In this document: in pieces, positions 51,965 through 61,431 of the stretch | Numbering within the stretch: the first letter of the stretch is position 1 | Layout of the letters: the number at the start of each line of letters is the position of its first letter | Source of the DNA: Minisyncoccota bacterium | Lineage (GTDB): Bacteria; Patescibacteriota; Minisyncoccia; Phycocordibacterales; CAJBRS01 | Length of the DNA: 64,000 nt | NCBI GenBank assembly: GCA_017881075.1 | Contig: JADGRH010000003.1 | Span: forward strand, 64,682 to 128,681 | Direction of reading: 5' to 3' | The notes under the pieces: model-generated | Database searches by the model: none | What the model was told of the DNA's origin: nothing | The model's input: the letters and a program-made list of their open reading frames with translations, nothing else | Made by a program: the position numbers and the translations under genes

Positions 51965-53152
51965 TTATGGTAATAACTTCTTGATCCAGCGCCAAAAGTT
52001 GCTGGGCGCCTTATCTATAGCCCTAATTCCTAGGCGGGTTAAAGAATCATCCTCACTTGCAGAAAGGCCGAAAATACAAAGGCCGTAGGCCACAGCCCAC
52101 TCTGCTCCTTTAATAATGCTTCGGACATTACCCTCCAATCGGAGGTCCGATTTCTTAGAAGGCAGTTTTAAAGCGGCCTTAGCTAAGTCTTCAATGGTGG
52201 CAATGCCGGAGCCGCCGCCACTGATAATAACTCCGGCCGGCAACAAACCGTTTCGGCCTATTTTTTTTAGATGAGCCTCAATTAATTCAAAGATGTCAGA
52301 CATTCGAGCGACCACTATCTCATCTAATTTTTTCTTGGAATAATTTTCCGCTCGGCTGCTGCCAAGTTTAACCAACTCCGCTTCTTCAATCGGAATCTTC
52401 AATCCGAGAGCAATGTCATTAGTAATATCATTTGAACCGATAGGAAAGACTTCCAGCGAAATGGGAATATCATTTTCAAACACCACTATGGATACTGTTT
52501 CCGATCCAATATTAGCCAAGACACAGCCAGCGATTTTTTGAGTTTTAGTAAGAGAGACTAAACTGGCGGCAATGGGTGCGGCCATGACGTCTTCTACTTG
52601 GATACCGGCTTCTTCTACGGCACTAATAATGTCGTTAAGGTGATTGGAGAGGGAATTAATGAACAGGGTCCTTACCTCGAGCCTGGTGCCCTTCATCCCT
52701 TGAGGCCTTCCAAGAACCGCTTTGCCGTCTATCTTGAACTGGAGGGGTATGCTGTGAAGTATGGTGCGGTTTAGCGAAAACGATGGCGGTATTTCGCTTT
52801 CGCTGGCTTCAATAACCTTTTTAATATCAGATTCACCGATCTCCGAATCGGCTCGACTAATGACTAGCGAGCCGATAGAGATAAAGGCCGAGAGCCCGGT
52901 GCCTCCGATGGGTAGATAGGCCTTGGAGATTTTTAGGCCGCTGGCGGCTTGAGCTTGGCGGACAGCCGATCTTATACTTTTAGTGGCTTCAGGAAGGTTA
53001 ATAACATAACCGTGCCGTAAACCCTTGGTCTCGGCGGATCCGGTGCCAATGATCCGCACAGTTTCCTTGCCATTTTCGATCACTGCTTCAGCCACCACCA
53101 CCTTTATTTGGTAGCTGCCGATATCTATTCCAGCTGCGATGTGACGGGCCAT
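51965..53152 (-). CDS. ftsA: cell division protein FtsA
   Basis: Actin-fold GIDIGSYQIKVVVAE, ...GGGSGIATIEDLA; directly upstream of ftsZ. Confidence 0.9.
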   Translation of the reverse strand: MARHIAAGIDIGSYQIKVVVAEAVIENGKETVRIIGTGSAETKGLRHGYVINLPEATKSIRSAVRQAQAASGLKISKAYLPIGGTGLSAFISIGSLVISRADSEIGESDIKKVIEASESEIPPSFSLNRTILHSIPLQFKIDGKAVLGRPQGMKGTRLEVRTLFINSLSNHLNDIISAVEEAGIQVEDVMAAPIAASLVSLTKTQKIAGCVLANIGSETVSIVVFENDIPISLEVFPIGSNDITNDIALGLKIPIEEAELVKLGSSRAENYSKKKLDEIVVARMSDIFELIEAHLKKIGRNGLLPAGVIISGGGSGIATIEDLAKAALKLPSKKSDLRLEGNVRSIIKGAEWAVAYGLCIFGLSASEDDSLTRLGIRAIDKAPSNFWRWIKKLLP

Positions 53153-53524
53153 TTAAATATTAAAAAATTTGTGATAGGTTTTCTCCTTACTCTCCATTCT
53201 ACTACCATGACTAAAGCCTTTCAAATGACAGAGGCCGTGGATAAAGAGAGAAATTACTTCTTCTTTTAATTTGTTCGAGAGAAAAATCTCGCCCTGGGAA
53301 GGAGTGATCGAGAAGCTTAAAATATTTGCCGGCTGGTTTTTCTTCCGATAAAGTCGATTGAGTTTTTTAGAATGAGAGGTAGTAGTGAAGACCAGACTCA
53401 ATGTATATTTCCTCCCCAAGACCTTATTTTTTATTTTACTTAAAAACACCCCGCTTATTTTCGGAGTGTTCTTGACTAGAAAGGTGATGGTGAAATTGTT
53501 CTGGTATTGGCGAGTTCTCTGCAT
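53153..53524 (-). CDS. ybeY: rRNA maturation RNase YbeY (short)
   Basis: HGLCHLKGFSHGS corresponds to the HGxLHLxGYDH zinc motif. Confidence 0.75.
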   Translation of the reverse strand: MQRTRQYQNNFTITFLVKNTPKISGVFLSKIKNKVLGRKYTLSLVFTTTSHSKKLNRLYRKKNQPANILSFSITPSQGEIFLSNKLKEEVISLFIHGLCHLKGFSHGSRMESKEKTYHKFFNI

Positions 53525-53527
53525 GTC

Positions 53528-53779
53528 TTATCCGCGCTTGCCCATATTATTTTCTCTGGGTCGCATTTTGCCCAACTTAATCAGTTTCTCAACCTCTTCT
53601 TTTCGACGCAGAGATTTTAAAGTCTTTTTCTTGCGAACATAGGGTGATGCGGCGCGCTTGGCATATCTTAATGAGCGCACTCGATTTAAAACTCCCGATT
53701 CCTGAACCCGCCGGGTGAATTTCCGAATCATACTGACATTATTTTCGTTGCGGGTTTTATTTATTTCTACGTTAATCAT
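53528..53779 (-). CDS. rpsU: 30S ribosomal protein bS21
   Basis: ...ENNVSMIRKFTRRVQESGVL..VRSLRYAKRAS...RKKK. Confidence 0.9.
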   Translation of the reverse strand: MINVEINKTRNENNVSMIRKFTRRVQESGVLNRVRSLRYAKRAASPYVRKKKTLKSLRRKEEVEKLIKLGKMRPRENNMGKRG

Positions 53780-53798
53780 GGGCTAATAGAATAGCATA

Positions 53799-55025
53799 CT
53801 ATTTCAACTTCTTCAAATATTTCACCAAATTTTCTATTTTGATGGTTTCTTGGGAGCGACTGTTCATGTGGCGGACCACCACGCTATTTTCCAGAGCCTC
53901 TTTTTGACCCATGATAATGATGTAAGGGATATTCATTTTTTCAGCGCTGGCAATTTGAGCGGTTAATTTATCTTTAGAAAGTGATTGATGAACGGGAATT
54001 TTAGCCTGTCGAAGCATCTCAATGATCTTCAAACTTTTCAATTTAGCTTCAAAAGCGAATTGAATAAAATAAAATTTCGGTCTGACTTCCGCTTTGTTGG
54101 CCGTTCGTTTTAAGTGATCTGGCTGGATAAGAATGGCTACACCTATGGCCGGCACATCTTTTTTGTTCCAGATTTTTTTAGCCAGGCCATTATATCGTTC
54201 ACCGATAGCCAAAGTCTTTACCTCAGTGCCTTTTTGGTTAGTGCCGCGAATCTCAAAGAGAGTACCGGTGCAGAAGCTGCGACTACCCACCAATGAATGC
54301 TCGATATCATAAGAGATGGAAAGAGACTCTAGATACTCCAAGATCTCCTTGAAATGAATCCGGCTTGGCTCGGAGAGAAAACTCATTGGTTTAGGAGCGC
54401 CTTCCAGCAACTCCAGGCACTTTCCTTCCTTGCAATGGAAAAGACCAAATACATCCTTTTTAAAAGTCTGTCGGCAATGGACCGGCAAAACATTCCAATT
54501 TTTTCTATAATAAAGAGTTAGCTCTCGGACGAATTTAGCCAACGACTCTTTGTCGCCCAGACTATTGATGTGCAGGTAAAGATTCTGGTGCGGGTATTGC
54601 TCTTTTAAAATAACGTAAGCCGTTTCAATAATCATGACATCGGCGATACTTTTTGAATTCCCGATGATTTCCAGATTAAAAGTCTTTTCTCTTTTGATCT
54701 TGCGGATGTGGGGGTTGCCTTCAATAGGACCCTCGTAATAGATCATTATGGGCGAGGAAAGATGGACCATTCTCTTTTCCATATAGGTTCGTAAGATGGA
54801 AATTTTTTCTTCCAGATATCCGGAGAATTTAAATTCGTCCTCTCTAAATGGGTGGACTTCCTTAGTGTGAGATTCTTTGAAGGCTCTGGCTCGAGAGAAG
54901 TCTTCCTTTTCTATTTTAAATTTAGGCGCTTCAAAATAACCATAGAATTTGGCGGTTTGAGTGGCTTTTTCATATTCTCGACTGCTGTTTTTAGAGCGCA
55001 CTCTCTTTTTGATCTTTGTTTTCAT
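53799..55025 (-). CDS. HisRS/HisZ-family class II aaRS-like protein with divergent catalytic motifs
   Basis: IGERYNGLAKKI...PAIGVAI (cf. GGRYDxL...PAVGFA) and a C-terminal anticodon-binding-like domain (PYIIIMGQKEALENSVVVRHM). The motif-2 region reads IYYEGP...FNLEIIG instead of FRYE...FHQ. Confidence 0.55.
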   Translation of the reverse strand: MKTKIKKRVRSKNSSREYEKATQTAKFYGYFEAPKFKIEKEDFSRARAFKESHTKEVHPFREDEFKFSGYLEEKISILRTYMEKRMVHLSSPIMIYYEGPIEGNPHIRKIKREKTFNLEIIGNSKSIADVMIIETAYVILKEQYPHQNLYLHINSLGDKESLAKFVRELTLYYRKNWNVLPVHCRQTFKKDVFGLFHCKEGKCLELLEGAPKPMSFLSEPSRIHFKEILEYLESLSISYDIEHSLVGSRSFCTGTLFEIRGTNQKGTEVKTLAIGERYNGLAKKIWNKKDVPAIGVAILIQPDHLKRTANKAEVRPKFYFIQFAFEAKLKSLKIIEMLRQAKIPVHQSLSKDKLTAQIASAEKMNIPYIIIMGQKEALENSVVVRHMNSRSQETIKIENLVKYLKKLK

Positions 55026-55027
55026 GA

Positions 55028-55705
55028 TTATTTAACTGCAGTTTCTGAAACACTACCGGGGAGAATAGCAATTCTGTCAGGTGGCAGTAATCTCAAGAAA
55101 GCTCTTCCAACAATCTCATTTCGCGAGACTGGTCCCCATGAACGGGAATCATAACTTACCGGTCGATTATCACCCATAACAAAATATTGGTCGGGACCGA
55201 GGGTAACAGTCATATTTTTTTCACCTTGGTATTTGATGTATGACTCGTCCAACTGAAATCCTTCGAGATTAGAAGCATTTTTTATGATTATTTTGTCATT
55301 GCGAATTTCCAAAGTCTCATTAGGCAGACCAATAACTCTTTTAATATAAAAAACCTTTTGATCAAGTGGCGGACGGAAGATTACCACATCGCCACGGTTC
55401 GGATTATGTAGGTGATACGACAATTCATCCACAATCAAATATTCTCCCCCGGAAAAGTTTGGTTCCATGGAAGTGCCGACAACAATAAATGGTTGAGCAA
55501 CGAAGAAGCGCAGAGGTACAAGCACTACCAAGATGAAAAAAACAAATTTCAGAAGCTCTTTGAAAAAACTGGCACTCTTAAATGTTTTATTAGTTGGAAT
55601 TTCTACTGATCTTGCCATTTTTTCACTCTCAATCTCTTCATTCATGGCCACATAATATAGGCAAAGAGTGCTTGACACAAGGATATAAGCCGTGTTATGG
55701 CTCAT
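55028..55705 (-). CDS. lepB: signal peptidase I
   Basis: VVGTSMEPNF (Ser box), IKRVIGLP, GDNRPVSYDSRSWG. The alternative start at 55645 (MNEEIES) is equally plausible. Confidence 0.85.
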   Translation of the reverse strand: MSHNTAYILVSSTLCLYYVAMNEEIESEKMARSVEIPTNKTFKSASFFKELLKFVFFILVVLVPLRFFVAQPFIVVGTSMEPNFSGGEYLIVDELSYHLHNPNRGDVVIFRPPLDQKVFYIKRVIGLPNETLEIRNDKIIIKNASNLEGFQLDESYIKYQGEKNMTVTLGPDQYFVMGDNRPVSYDSRSWGPVSRNEIVGRAFLRLLPPDRIAILPGSVSETAVK

Positions 55706-55727
55706 TTTGTCCTACTTCGAAATCTCG

Positions 55728-55795
55728 TCTACGAACTTTTAAACAGACCACTCCGGGGCGTTTGCCCAAGTCTTAGTCTGTTTAAAAGTTGTAGA
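55728..55795. repeat. 68-nt conserved hairpin element, copy B
   Basis: tctacgaacttttaaacagac-[loop cactccggggcgtttgcccaagtctta]-gtctgtttaaaagttgtaga. Lies between the divergent lepB and pth genes. Confidence 0.8.
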
Positions 55796-55824
55796 CTTCG
55801 CTTCCGAAGTAGTAAGATACAAAG

Positions 55825-56415
55825 ATGTTTTATATTATTGGCCTAGGAAATCCTGGAGAAGAGTACGACAACACTCGACACAATGTCGGCAGAATGAGCG
55901 TGGAAATTTTCAGCAAGAATCATAAGCTTCCTGAATTTTCCATAAATAAAAAATTAAGAGCGCTGGTGTCCGAGGGGAAGGTCGGCCGCGATAAAGTGAC
56001 GCTTGTCTTGCCGGAAACTTTTATGAATAAGTCCGGTGAATCGGTGAAGCCGATAATTACCAGTAAGAAAAAAGCGGCCAGTCTTGTTGTTGTTTCCGAC
56101 GACCTGGACTTGCCGCTCGGCCGTTTCAAGATTGCTTTCAATCGCGGCTCCGGCGGACACAAGGGCGTGGAGTCCATTATTCGAGCGGTGAAGACAGAAG
56201 AATTTATCAGAGTGAAAGTGGGTATCTCACCCTCGACCGCCTCCGGTAAATTAAGAAAGCCCGACAGCAAAGAAATTCTAGATTTCATCATTGGTAAATT
56301 TAAAAAGCCAGAATTGGAAAAAATGAAGAAAGTTTTTAAAAAAGTCTCCGAAGCACTCGAGATGATTGTTGTTGAAGGAAAAGATAGAGCCATGGGAGAA
56401 TTCAATAGCCGATAA
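55825..56415 (+). CDS. pth: peptidyl-tRNA hydrolase
   Basis: IIGLGNPGEEYDNTRHNVG, ...VVSDDLDLPLGRFKI...GGHKG. Confidence 0.9.
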   Translation: MFYIIGLGNPGEEYDNTRHNVGRMSVEIFSKNHKLPEFSINKKLRALVSEGKVGRDKVTLVLPETFMNKSGESVKPIITSKKKAASLVVVSDDLDLPLGRFKIAFNRGSGGHKGVESIIRAVKTEEFIRVKVGISPSTASGKLRKPDSKEILDFIIGKFKKPELEKMKKVFKKVSEALEMIVVEGKDRAMGEFNSR

Positions 56416-56419
56416 AATT

Positions 56420-56662
56420 ATGGATTCCAATTGGAAAGAAGAAAATAATTTTTTAAAAGCCACCTTTAAATTTAAAGATTTTAAAGAAGCACTTATTTTT
56501 GTAAATAAGGTGGGGGAGTTGGCCGAGCGACAGAATCATCATCCTGATATATGCATCAAGGATTATAACACCGTCACCATCGCCACCACTTCTCACGACG
56601 CCGGAAAGACTGTCACTCAAAAAGACCATGATCTTGCTAAAGCGATTGATGACTTGAGCTGA
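56420..56662 (+). CDS. 4a-hydroxytetrahydrobiopterin dehydratase (PCD/DCoH)
   Basis: FKDFKEALIFVNKVGELAERQNHHPD...TTSHDAGKTVTQKD; ATG at 56420. Confidence 0.85.
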   Translation: MDSNWKEENNFLKATFKFKDFKEALIFVNKVGELAERQNHHPDICIKDYNTVTIATTSHDAGKTVTQKDHDLAKAIDDLS

Positions 56663-56778
56663 AACAGACCCACCTTTACTTTTGCCCTCCTTTTGAGTAA
56701 TTTGAGACTAGAGTTTCGTTGAAAACTACACAAATTTTCGGTTCAAACACAAACAAAAAAAGGAGAAAGTAGCAGCTT

Positions 56779-59700
56779 ATGATAACAACTCTCTACCAGA
56801 GTAACGGCGATAATCGTCGTGAATTTTGTTTCTGCGTGGAGACTAGTGCTCCGCTCACAGAAACAGAAATGCAGTTATTGCACGGGCTTCTGGCTGAGAC
56901 TTCTCAACCAGAGCTTACCAGAACAAATTCATTTTTGTCTGGCGGTGTAATGCAAGTAGGTCCGCGGCCGGCAGTTGAAACTGCGGCGTCATCAAACGCT
57001 GTGGCCATCTGTCGCTCTTTGGGAATTAACAAGGTGACGCGCATTGAAACTTTGCGCCGATACCTCCTTCCTATGGAAGGTCCATTCGATCGGATGACGG
57101 AGTGTGTCTACAACGTCATTCCTGAATCGTTCACCAATAACACAACTCCCGAGCCAGTCAGCATCATTCCGCTCATCGAGGATGGGCCGAAGGCGCTTCA
57201 AGTCATTAATCGTGACTGGGGTTTGGGCATGGATGACTTCGACATCGAGTTCAATTACGATCTCTTCGCGAACGTCTTCAAACGGAATCCGACAATCGTC
57301 GAGTGTTTCGGTTTGGCTAATGCGAACAGTGAACATTCTCGGCACTGGTTCTTCAAAGGGAAGATGATTATTGATGGCATTCCGATGCCACGCTCGCTGA
57401 TGCAGTTGGTAAAAGAATCACTTCGTCTGCTGGGCCAACATTCAAACAGTGTCATCGCCTTTGCCGATAACTCAAGTGCCATTCAAGGGCGCGAGATCAA
57501 GGTTCTCGTTCCGGCTCAAGTCGGTCCGAGGGCATTCAGTCTGCGACATCGCTTGTACGACATTATCTTCACTGCGGAAACCCACAATCATCCAACGATG
57601 GTTGAAGAGTTTCGCGGGGCTGAGACGGGTACCGGTGGTCGCATTCGCGATATTCAAGCCACCGGTCGCGGTGGTTTAGTGGTTGCGGGAACTGCCGGCT
57701 ACTGTGTCGGCAATCTCTTGATTCCGGGATTCAGTATTTCGGGTGAAAATCTAGATTTCAAATATCCCGAGAAATATCGGCGACCGCTCCAAATTCTCAT
57801 CGGCGCCTCTAACGGTGCTTCCGATTACGGAAATAAATTCGGCGAGCCGCTTATCAACGGCTTTGTTCGAAGTTTCGGTCTCTCTTTACCTAACGGCGAG
57901 CGGCGTGAGTGGATCAAACCAATTATGTTCACCGGAGGCATTGGCCAAATGGAGAGGAGTCATGTAAAGAAACGCAACCCCCAGAAGGGGATGTTCATCA
58001 TTCAGATCGGCGGTCCAGCATATCGGATTGGTCTCGGCGGCGGTGCAGCTTCAAGCATGACTCAAGGACAAAACACCGAGAATCTCGACTTTAATTCCGT
58101 CCAACGCGGCAACGCGGAGATGGGACAAAAAGTGAATCGTGTTGTTCGTGCCTGCGTGGAACTTCGAGAGAAGAATCCCATTCTCTCTATTCACGATCAG
58201 GGTGCGGGCGGACCATGCAATGTGCTTACAGAGCTGGTTCATCCGGCAGGTGGCAAGGTGAATATCCGCGCCATCAATGTTGGTGATACCAGTATGTCGG
58301 TTTTGGAAATCTGGGGGGCGGAGTATCAAGAGAGACTAGCCATTCTTCTTAAGCCGGAGGACCTGGAAATGTTTCAGGAAATCTGTGCGAGGGAAGTGGT
58401 GCCGTGTGAAGTCTTGGGAGAGGTGACGGGCGATGGCAACATCACTGTTTATGACTCTAATGACGGAACAACTCCTGTTAACCTGGTCTTGGATAAAATC
58501 CTTGGCTCGGTTCCGCAGAAAACTTTTCGGTCAGATTATCCGAACATGAAGCTTCAACCACTAGCAATTCCTTCAGAGGAGTCGGTGGGAGAGCTTCTCA
58601 AGAAAGTTCTTCGTCTCCCTTCAGTGGGATCGAAGGGTTACCTCATTCGGAAAGTCGATCGGAGCGTTACGGGTTTGGTTGCGCAGCAGCAGTGCTGTGG
58701 GCCGCTGCATCTTCCTGTTAGTGATTTCGCAGTCTGTGCTCAAAGTCATTCCGATCTCTTCGGTATGGCGACGGCGAACGGCGAACAGCCGATTAAGATG
58801 CTTGTGAATGCGGGGGCGGGCGCTCGGATGGCGATCGGCGAAATGTTGACCAACATCGTCTGGGTCAAGTCGGAAGGATTGGTGACTATTAAGTCGTCAG
58901 GTAATTGGATGTGGCCGGCAAAACTTCCCGGCGAAGGAGCTCTCATTTACGATGCGGCGGCCGCAGCTAGCGACTTGCTCGTCGCACTTGGAGGAGCGGA
59001 AATTGATGGAGGTAAGGACAGTCTTTCCATGGCGGCCAGTTTTGATGGAGAGACGGTCAAAGCACCGGGGCAATTTGTGGTGTCGGGGTACGTCGCCGTG
59101 CCGGATATCACGAAGAAAGTTACGCCCGATCTGAAAAAATGGGGGAAAAGCAAACTTGCTCTCATCGATATATCCGCGGGACAGTCTCGTCTCGGCGGAT
59201 CGGCGCTTGCACAAGCATTTGGACAGATCGGAAACGAAAGTCCTGATGTCGATGGTCCGATACGCCTTCGCCGCGGGTTTGAGGCAGTGCAGGAAATGAT
59301 TGATCAAGGTTTAATTTTGTCAGGGCATGATCGGAGTGACGGTGGCCTCATCGTAGCTTTGGTCGAAATGGCTCTGGCAGGAAATATCGGGATCGATGTG
59401 ATTCTAAAGGGTCAATACGACGAGGTGGCGAGACTGTTTGCCGAAGAGCTTGGTCTCTTGATTGAGTATTTGCCGGAGAAGGAAGAAGAAATTCTCTCTG
59501 TGCTGGATAAACATTTTCAGCATTTACCTCTGGACGAGTGCTTCCATGAGCTCGGCTCTACAACAGTGGACAGCAGAGTGAAGATTGGTTTCGACGGTCT
59601 CGATTCGACAGATGTCGTATTAAATGAAGACCTAGAAACAATTCGCTCCTGGTGGGAAGCGACGAGTGATAAACTCGAGGAGTTCCAGATGAATCCCGAG

Positions 59701-60615
59701 TGTGCGAAAGCAGCTGCGTCTGCTAGACGTCAGCATGTGCCTTGCTCGCATCTCTCATTTACTCCGTCGACAACACCGAAAGAGTGGATGAAGAGGGATG
59801 GTAGGCCAAGAGTGGCAATCGTTCGTGAGGAGGGATCAAACGGCGATCGGGAAATGGCGGCAGCTTTCTACGCTGCTGGCTTTGAGCCCTGTGATGTGCC
59901 AATGGCAGACCTTCTGAAAGGAAAAATTAATCTCAACGATCCTCGCGTGGGGTTCCGAGGAGTCGCCTTTGTTGGAGGATTCTCCTATGCCGACGTCTTT
60001 GGCAGTGCCAAGGGCTGGGCGGCAATCATTCGTTCAAACGAGCGACTGAAAGAGATGTTCGAGACGTTTAAACGACGTTCCGACACTTTCTCTCTGGGAG
60101 TCTGTAACGGCTGTCAGCTGATGGCCATTCTCGGATGGGTTCCGGGAATCGTCGAAGATGAGCGCGACCAATTACGGTTTGTGCACAACACGTCGGGGAG
60201 ATTTGAATCAAACTGGCTGCGTGTGCGAATCGAAAAAAGTCCTGCAATCATGCTTCGGGAAATGGAAGGGTCCGTTCTCGGAGTATGGGTTGCTCATGGC
60301 GAAGGGAGACTCTTTGCTCCAAAGGAAGAGATTCTCCTCGACGTCATTGAAAGGAGGCTAGCGCCGATGGTTTATGTGGATCAAGGGGAAATTTCTACGG
60401 AGTCTTATCCCTTAAATCCGAATGGCTCGCCAAGAGGAATCACTTCACTGTGTTCACCTTGCGGCAGACATTTGGCAATGATGCCTCATCCGGAACGCAG
60501 TTTTCTGAAATGGCAATGGCCGTGGTTGCCCAAAGAAGTGGCCGAAGCCGAAGTCTCGCCATGGCTCCGACTATTCCAAAATGCCCGTGAGTGGTGCGAG
60601 TTAAGAGAAGTGTAG
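56779..60615 (+). CDS. purL: phosphoribosylformylglycinamidine synthase, single-chain large form
   Basis: 1278 aa. FGAM synthetase core (TAETHNHPT, GGRIRD...), C-terminal glutaminase with GVCNGCQ nucleophile and MPHPER. Strong SD aaaggag. GC-richer than flanks. Confidence 0.9.
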   Translation: MITTLYQSNGDNRREFCFCVETSAPLTETEMQLLHGLLAETSQPELTRTNSFLSGGVMQVGPRPAVETAASSNAVAICRSLGINKVTRIETLRRYLLPMEGPFDRMTECVYNVIPESFTNNTTPEPVSIIPLIEDGPKALQVINRDWGLGMDDFDIEFNYDLFANVFKRNPTIVECFGLANANSEHSRHWFFKGKMIIDGIPMPRSLMQLVKESLRLLGQHSNSVIAFADNSSAIQGREIKVLVPAQVGPRAFSLRHRLYDIIFTAETHNHPTMVEEFRGAETGTGGRIRDIQATGRGGLVVAGTAGYCVGNLLIPGFSISGENLDFKYPEKYRRPLQILIGASNGASDYGNKFGEPLINGFVRSFGLSLPNGERREWIKPIMFTGGIGQMERSHVKKRNPQKGMFIIQIGGPAYRIGLGGGAASSMTQGQNTENLDFNSVQRGNAEMGQKVNRVVRACVELREKNPILSIHDQGAGGPCNVLTELVHPAGGKVNIRAINVGDTSMSVLEIWGAEYQERLAILLKPEDLEMFQEICAREVVPCEVLGEVTGDGNITVYDSNDGTTPVNLVLDKILGSVPQKTFRSDYPNMKLQPLAIPSEESVGELLKKVLRLPSVGSKGYLIRKVDRSVTGLVAQQQCCGPLHLPVSDFAVCAQSHSDLFGMATANGEQPIKMLVNAGAGARMAIGEMLTNIVWVKSEGLVTIKSSGNWMWPAKLPGEGALIYDAAAAASDLLVALGGAEIDGGKDSLSMAASFDGETVKAPGQFVVSGYVAVPDITKKVTPDLKKWGKSKLALIDISAGQSRLGGSALAQAFGQIGNESPDVDGPIRLRRGFEAVQEMIDQGLILSGHDRSDGGLIVALVEMALAGNIGIDVILKGQYDEVARLFAEELGLLIEYLPEKEEEILSVLDKHFQHLPLDECFHELGSTTVDSRVKIGFDGLDSTDVVLNEDLETIRSWWEATSDKLEEFQMNPECAKAAASARRQHVPCSHLSFTPSTTPKEWMKRDGRPRVAIVREEGSNGDREMAAAFYAAGFEPCDVPMADLLKGKINLNDPRVGFRGVAFVGGFSYADVFGSAKGWAAIIRSNERLKEMFETFKRRSDTFSLGVCNGCQLMAILGWVPGIVEDERDQLRFVHNTSGRFESNWLRVRIEKSPAIMLREMEGSVLGVWVAHGEGRLFAPKEEILLDVIERRLAPMVYVDQGEISTESYPLNPNGSPRGITSLCSPCGRHLAMMPHPERSFLKWQWPWLPKEVAEAEVSPWLRLFQNAREWCELREV

Positions 60616-60728
60616 TGTAGGTTGCCCTGTCCGTTCGTACGCGAATGGCCGGGGCACTTTTATTTTTAATTTAGACCAATTTGTTTTTGTTTATATTTCT
60701 GCTAATCTGAATCGAGAAGAATTTCATT

Positions 60729-61400
60729 ATGAGTAGAATAAAAACAGCAAAGTTTGTTGAACCGAACGATCCGGTTCTCACTAGGGTCGCCGAAGAAGTG
60801 TACTTGCCGGAACTTTTTTCTGAGGAGATTTCCGACTATATAGACACCATGTTCTATATGGCGAGGGAGAATCAGTCGAACAGGGGTGAGCGAGTGTTAG
60901 TCGGCCTTGCCGCGCCACAGATTGGCATTTCCAAACGAATCATTCTAGTGGATGTCATTGCCGACGGAGAAGGAGAAGTGGGAGACCTACGTCTCTACAT
61001 CAATCCGAAGATCACTTGGCGCTCGGAAGAGGAGAGCGAGTGGTATGAAGGGTGTTTTTCTACGAGTTGTGTTTGCGGTGTATTTTTACGACCAACCACA
61101 ATAAGGGTTAAGGCTCTGAAAATCGATTGGAAGAAAAAGACCATGGAGACGTCAGAAGAAGAGGAGTATTCCGGTTACGTCGCCCGCATCTTCCAACACA
61201 AAATTGATCACTTAGATCGAAAGGAATTCACCACTCATGTGACGGATCCTGAAAAACTTCACTGGGTAGAGAAGGACGAATTCTTTGAGTATCGTGATAA
61301 GCAGGGCTGGAAAAACTGGCCAAATAAATGCTCTCTCGATGATTGGGAGAAAATCAAACTTTTTGGGCTCCTCGCCCGGAAAGTGATCGCTCGGGAATAG
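60729..61400 (+). CDS. peptide deformylase-like protein with Glu-to-Lys change in the HExxH motif
   Basis: Motif 1 GLAAPQIG, motif 2 EGCFS, motif 3 reads QHKIDH (cac aaa att gat cac at 61196-61210) instead of QHExDH. Extra insertions. Confidence 0.7.
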   Translation: MSRIKTAKFVEPNDPVLTRVAEEVYLPELFSEEISDYIDTMFYMARENQSNRGERVLVGLAAPQIGISKRIILVDVIADGEGEVGDLRLYINPKITWRSEEESEWYEGCFSTSCVCGVFLRPTTIRVKALKIDWKKKTMETSEEEEYSGYVARIFQHKIDHLDRKEFTTHVTDPEKLHWVEKDEFFEYRDKQGWKNWPNKCSLDDWEKIKLFGLLARKVIARE

Positions 61401-61431
61401 GTATTCCGAGCGATTTTTATTTAACAGCTAT

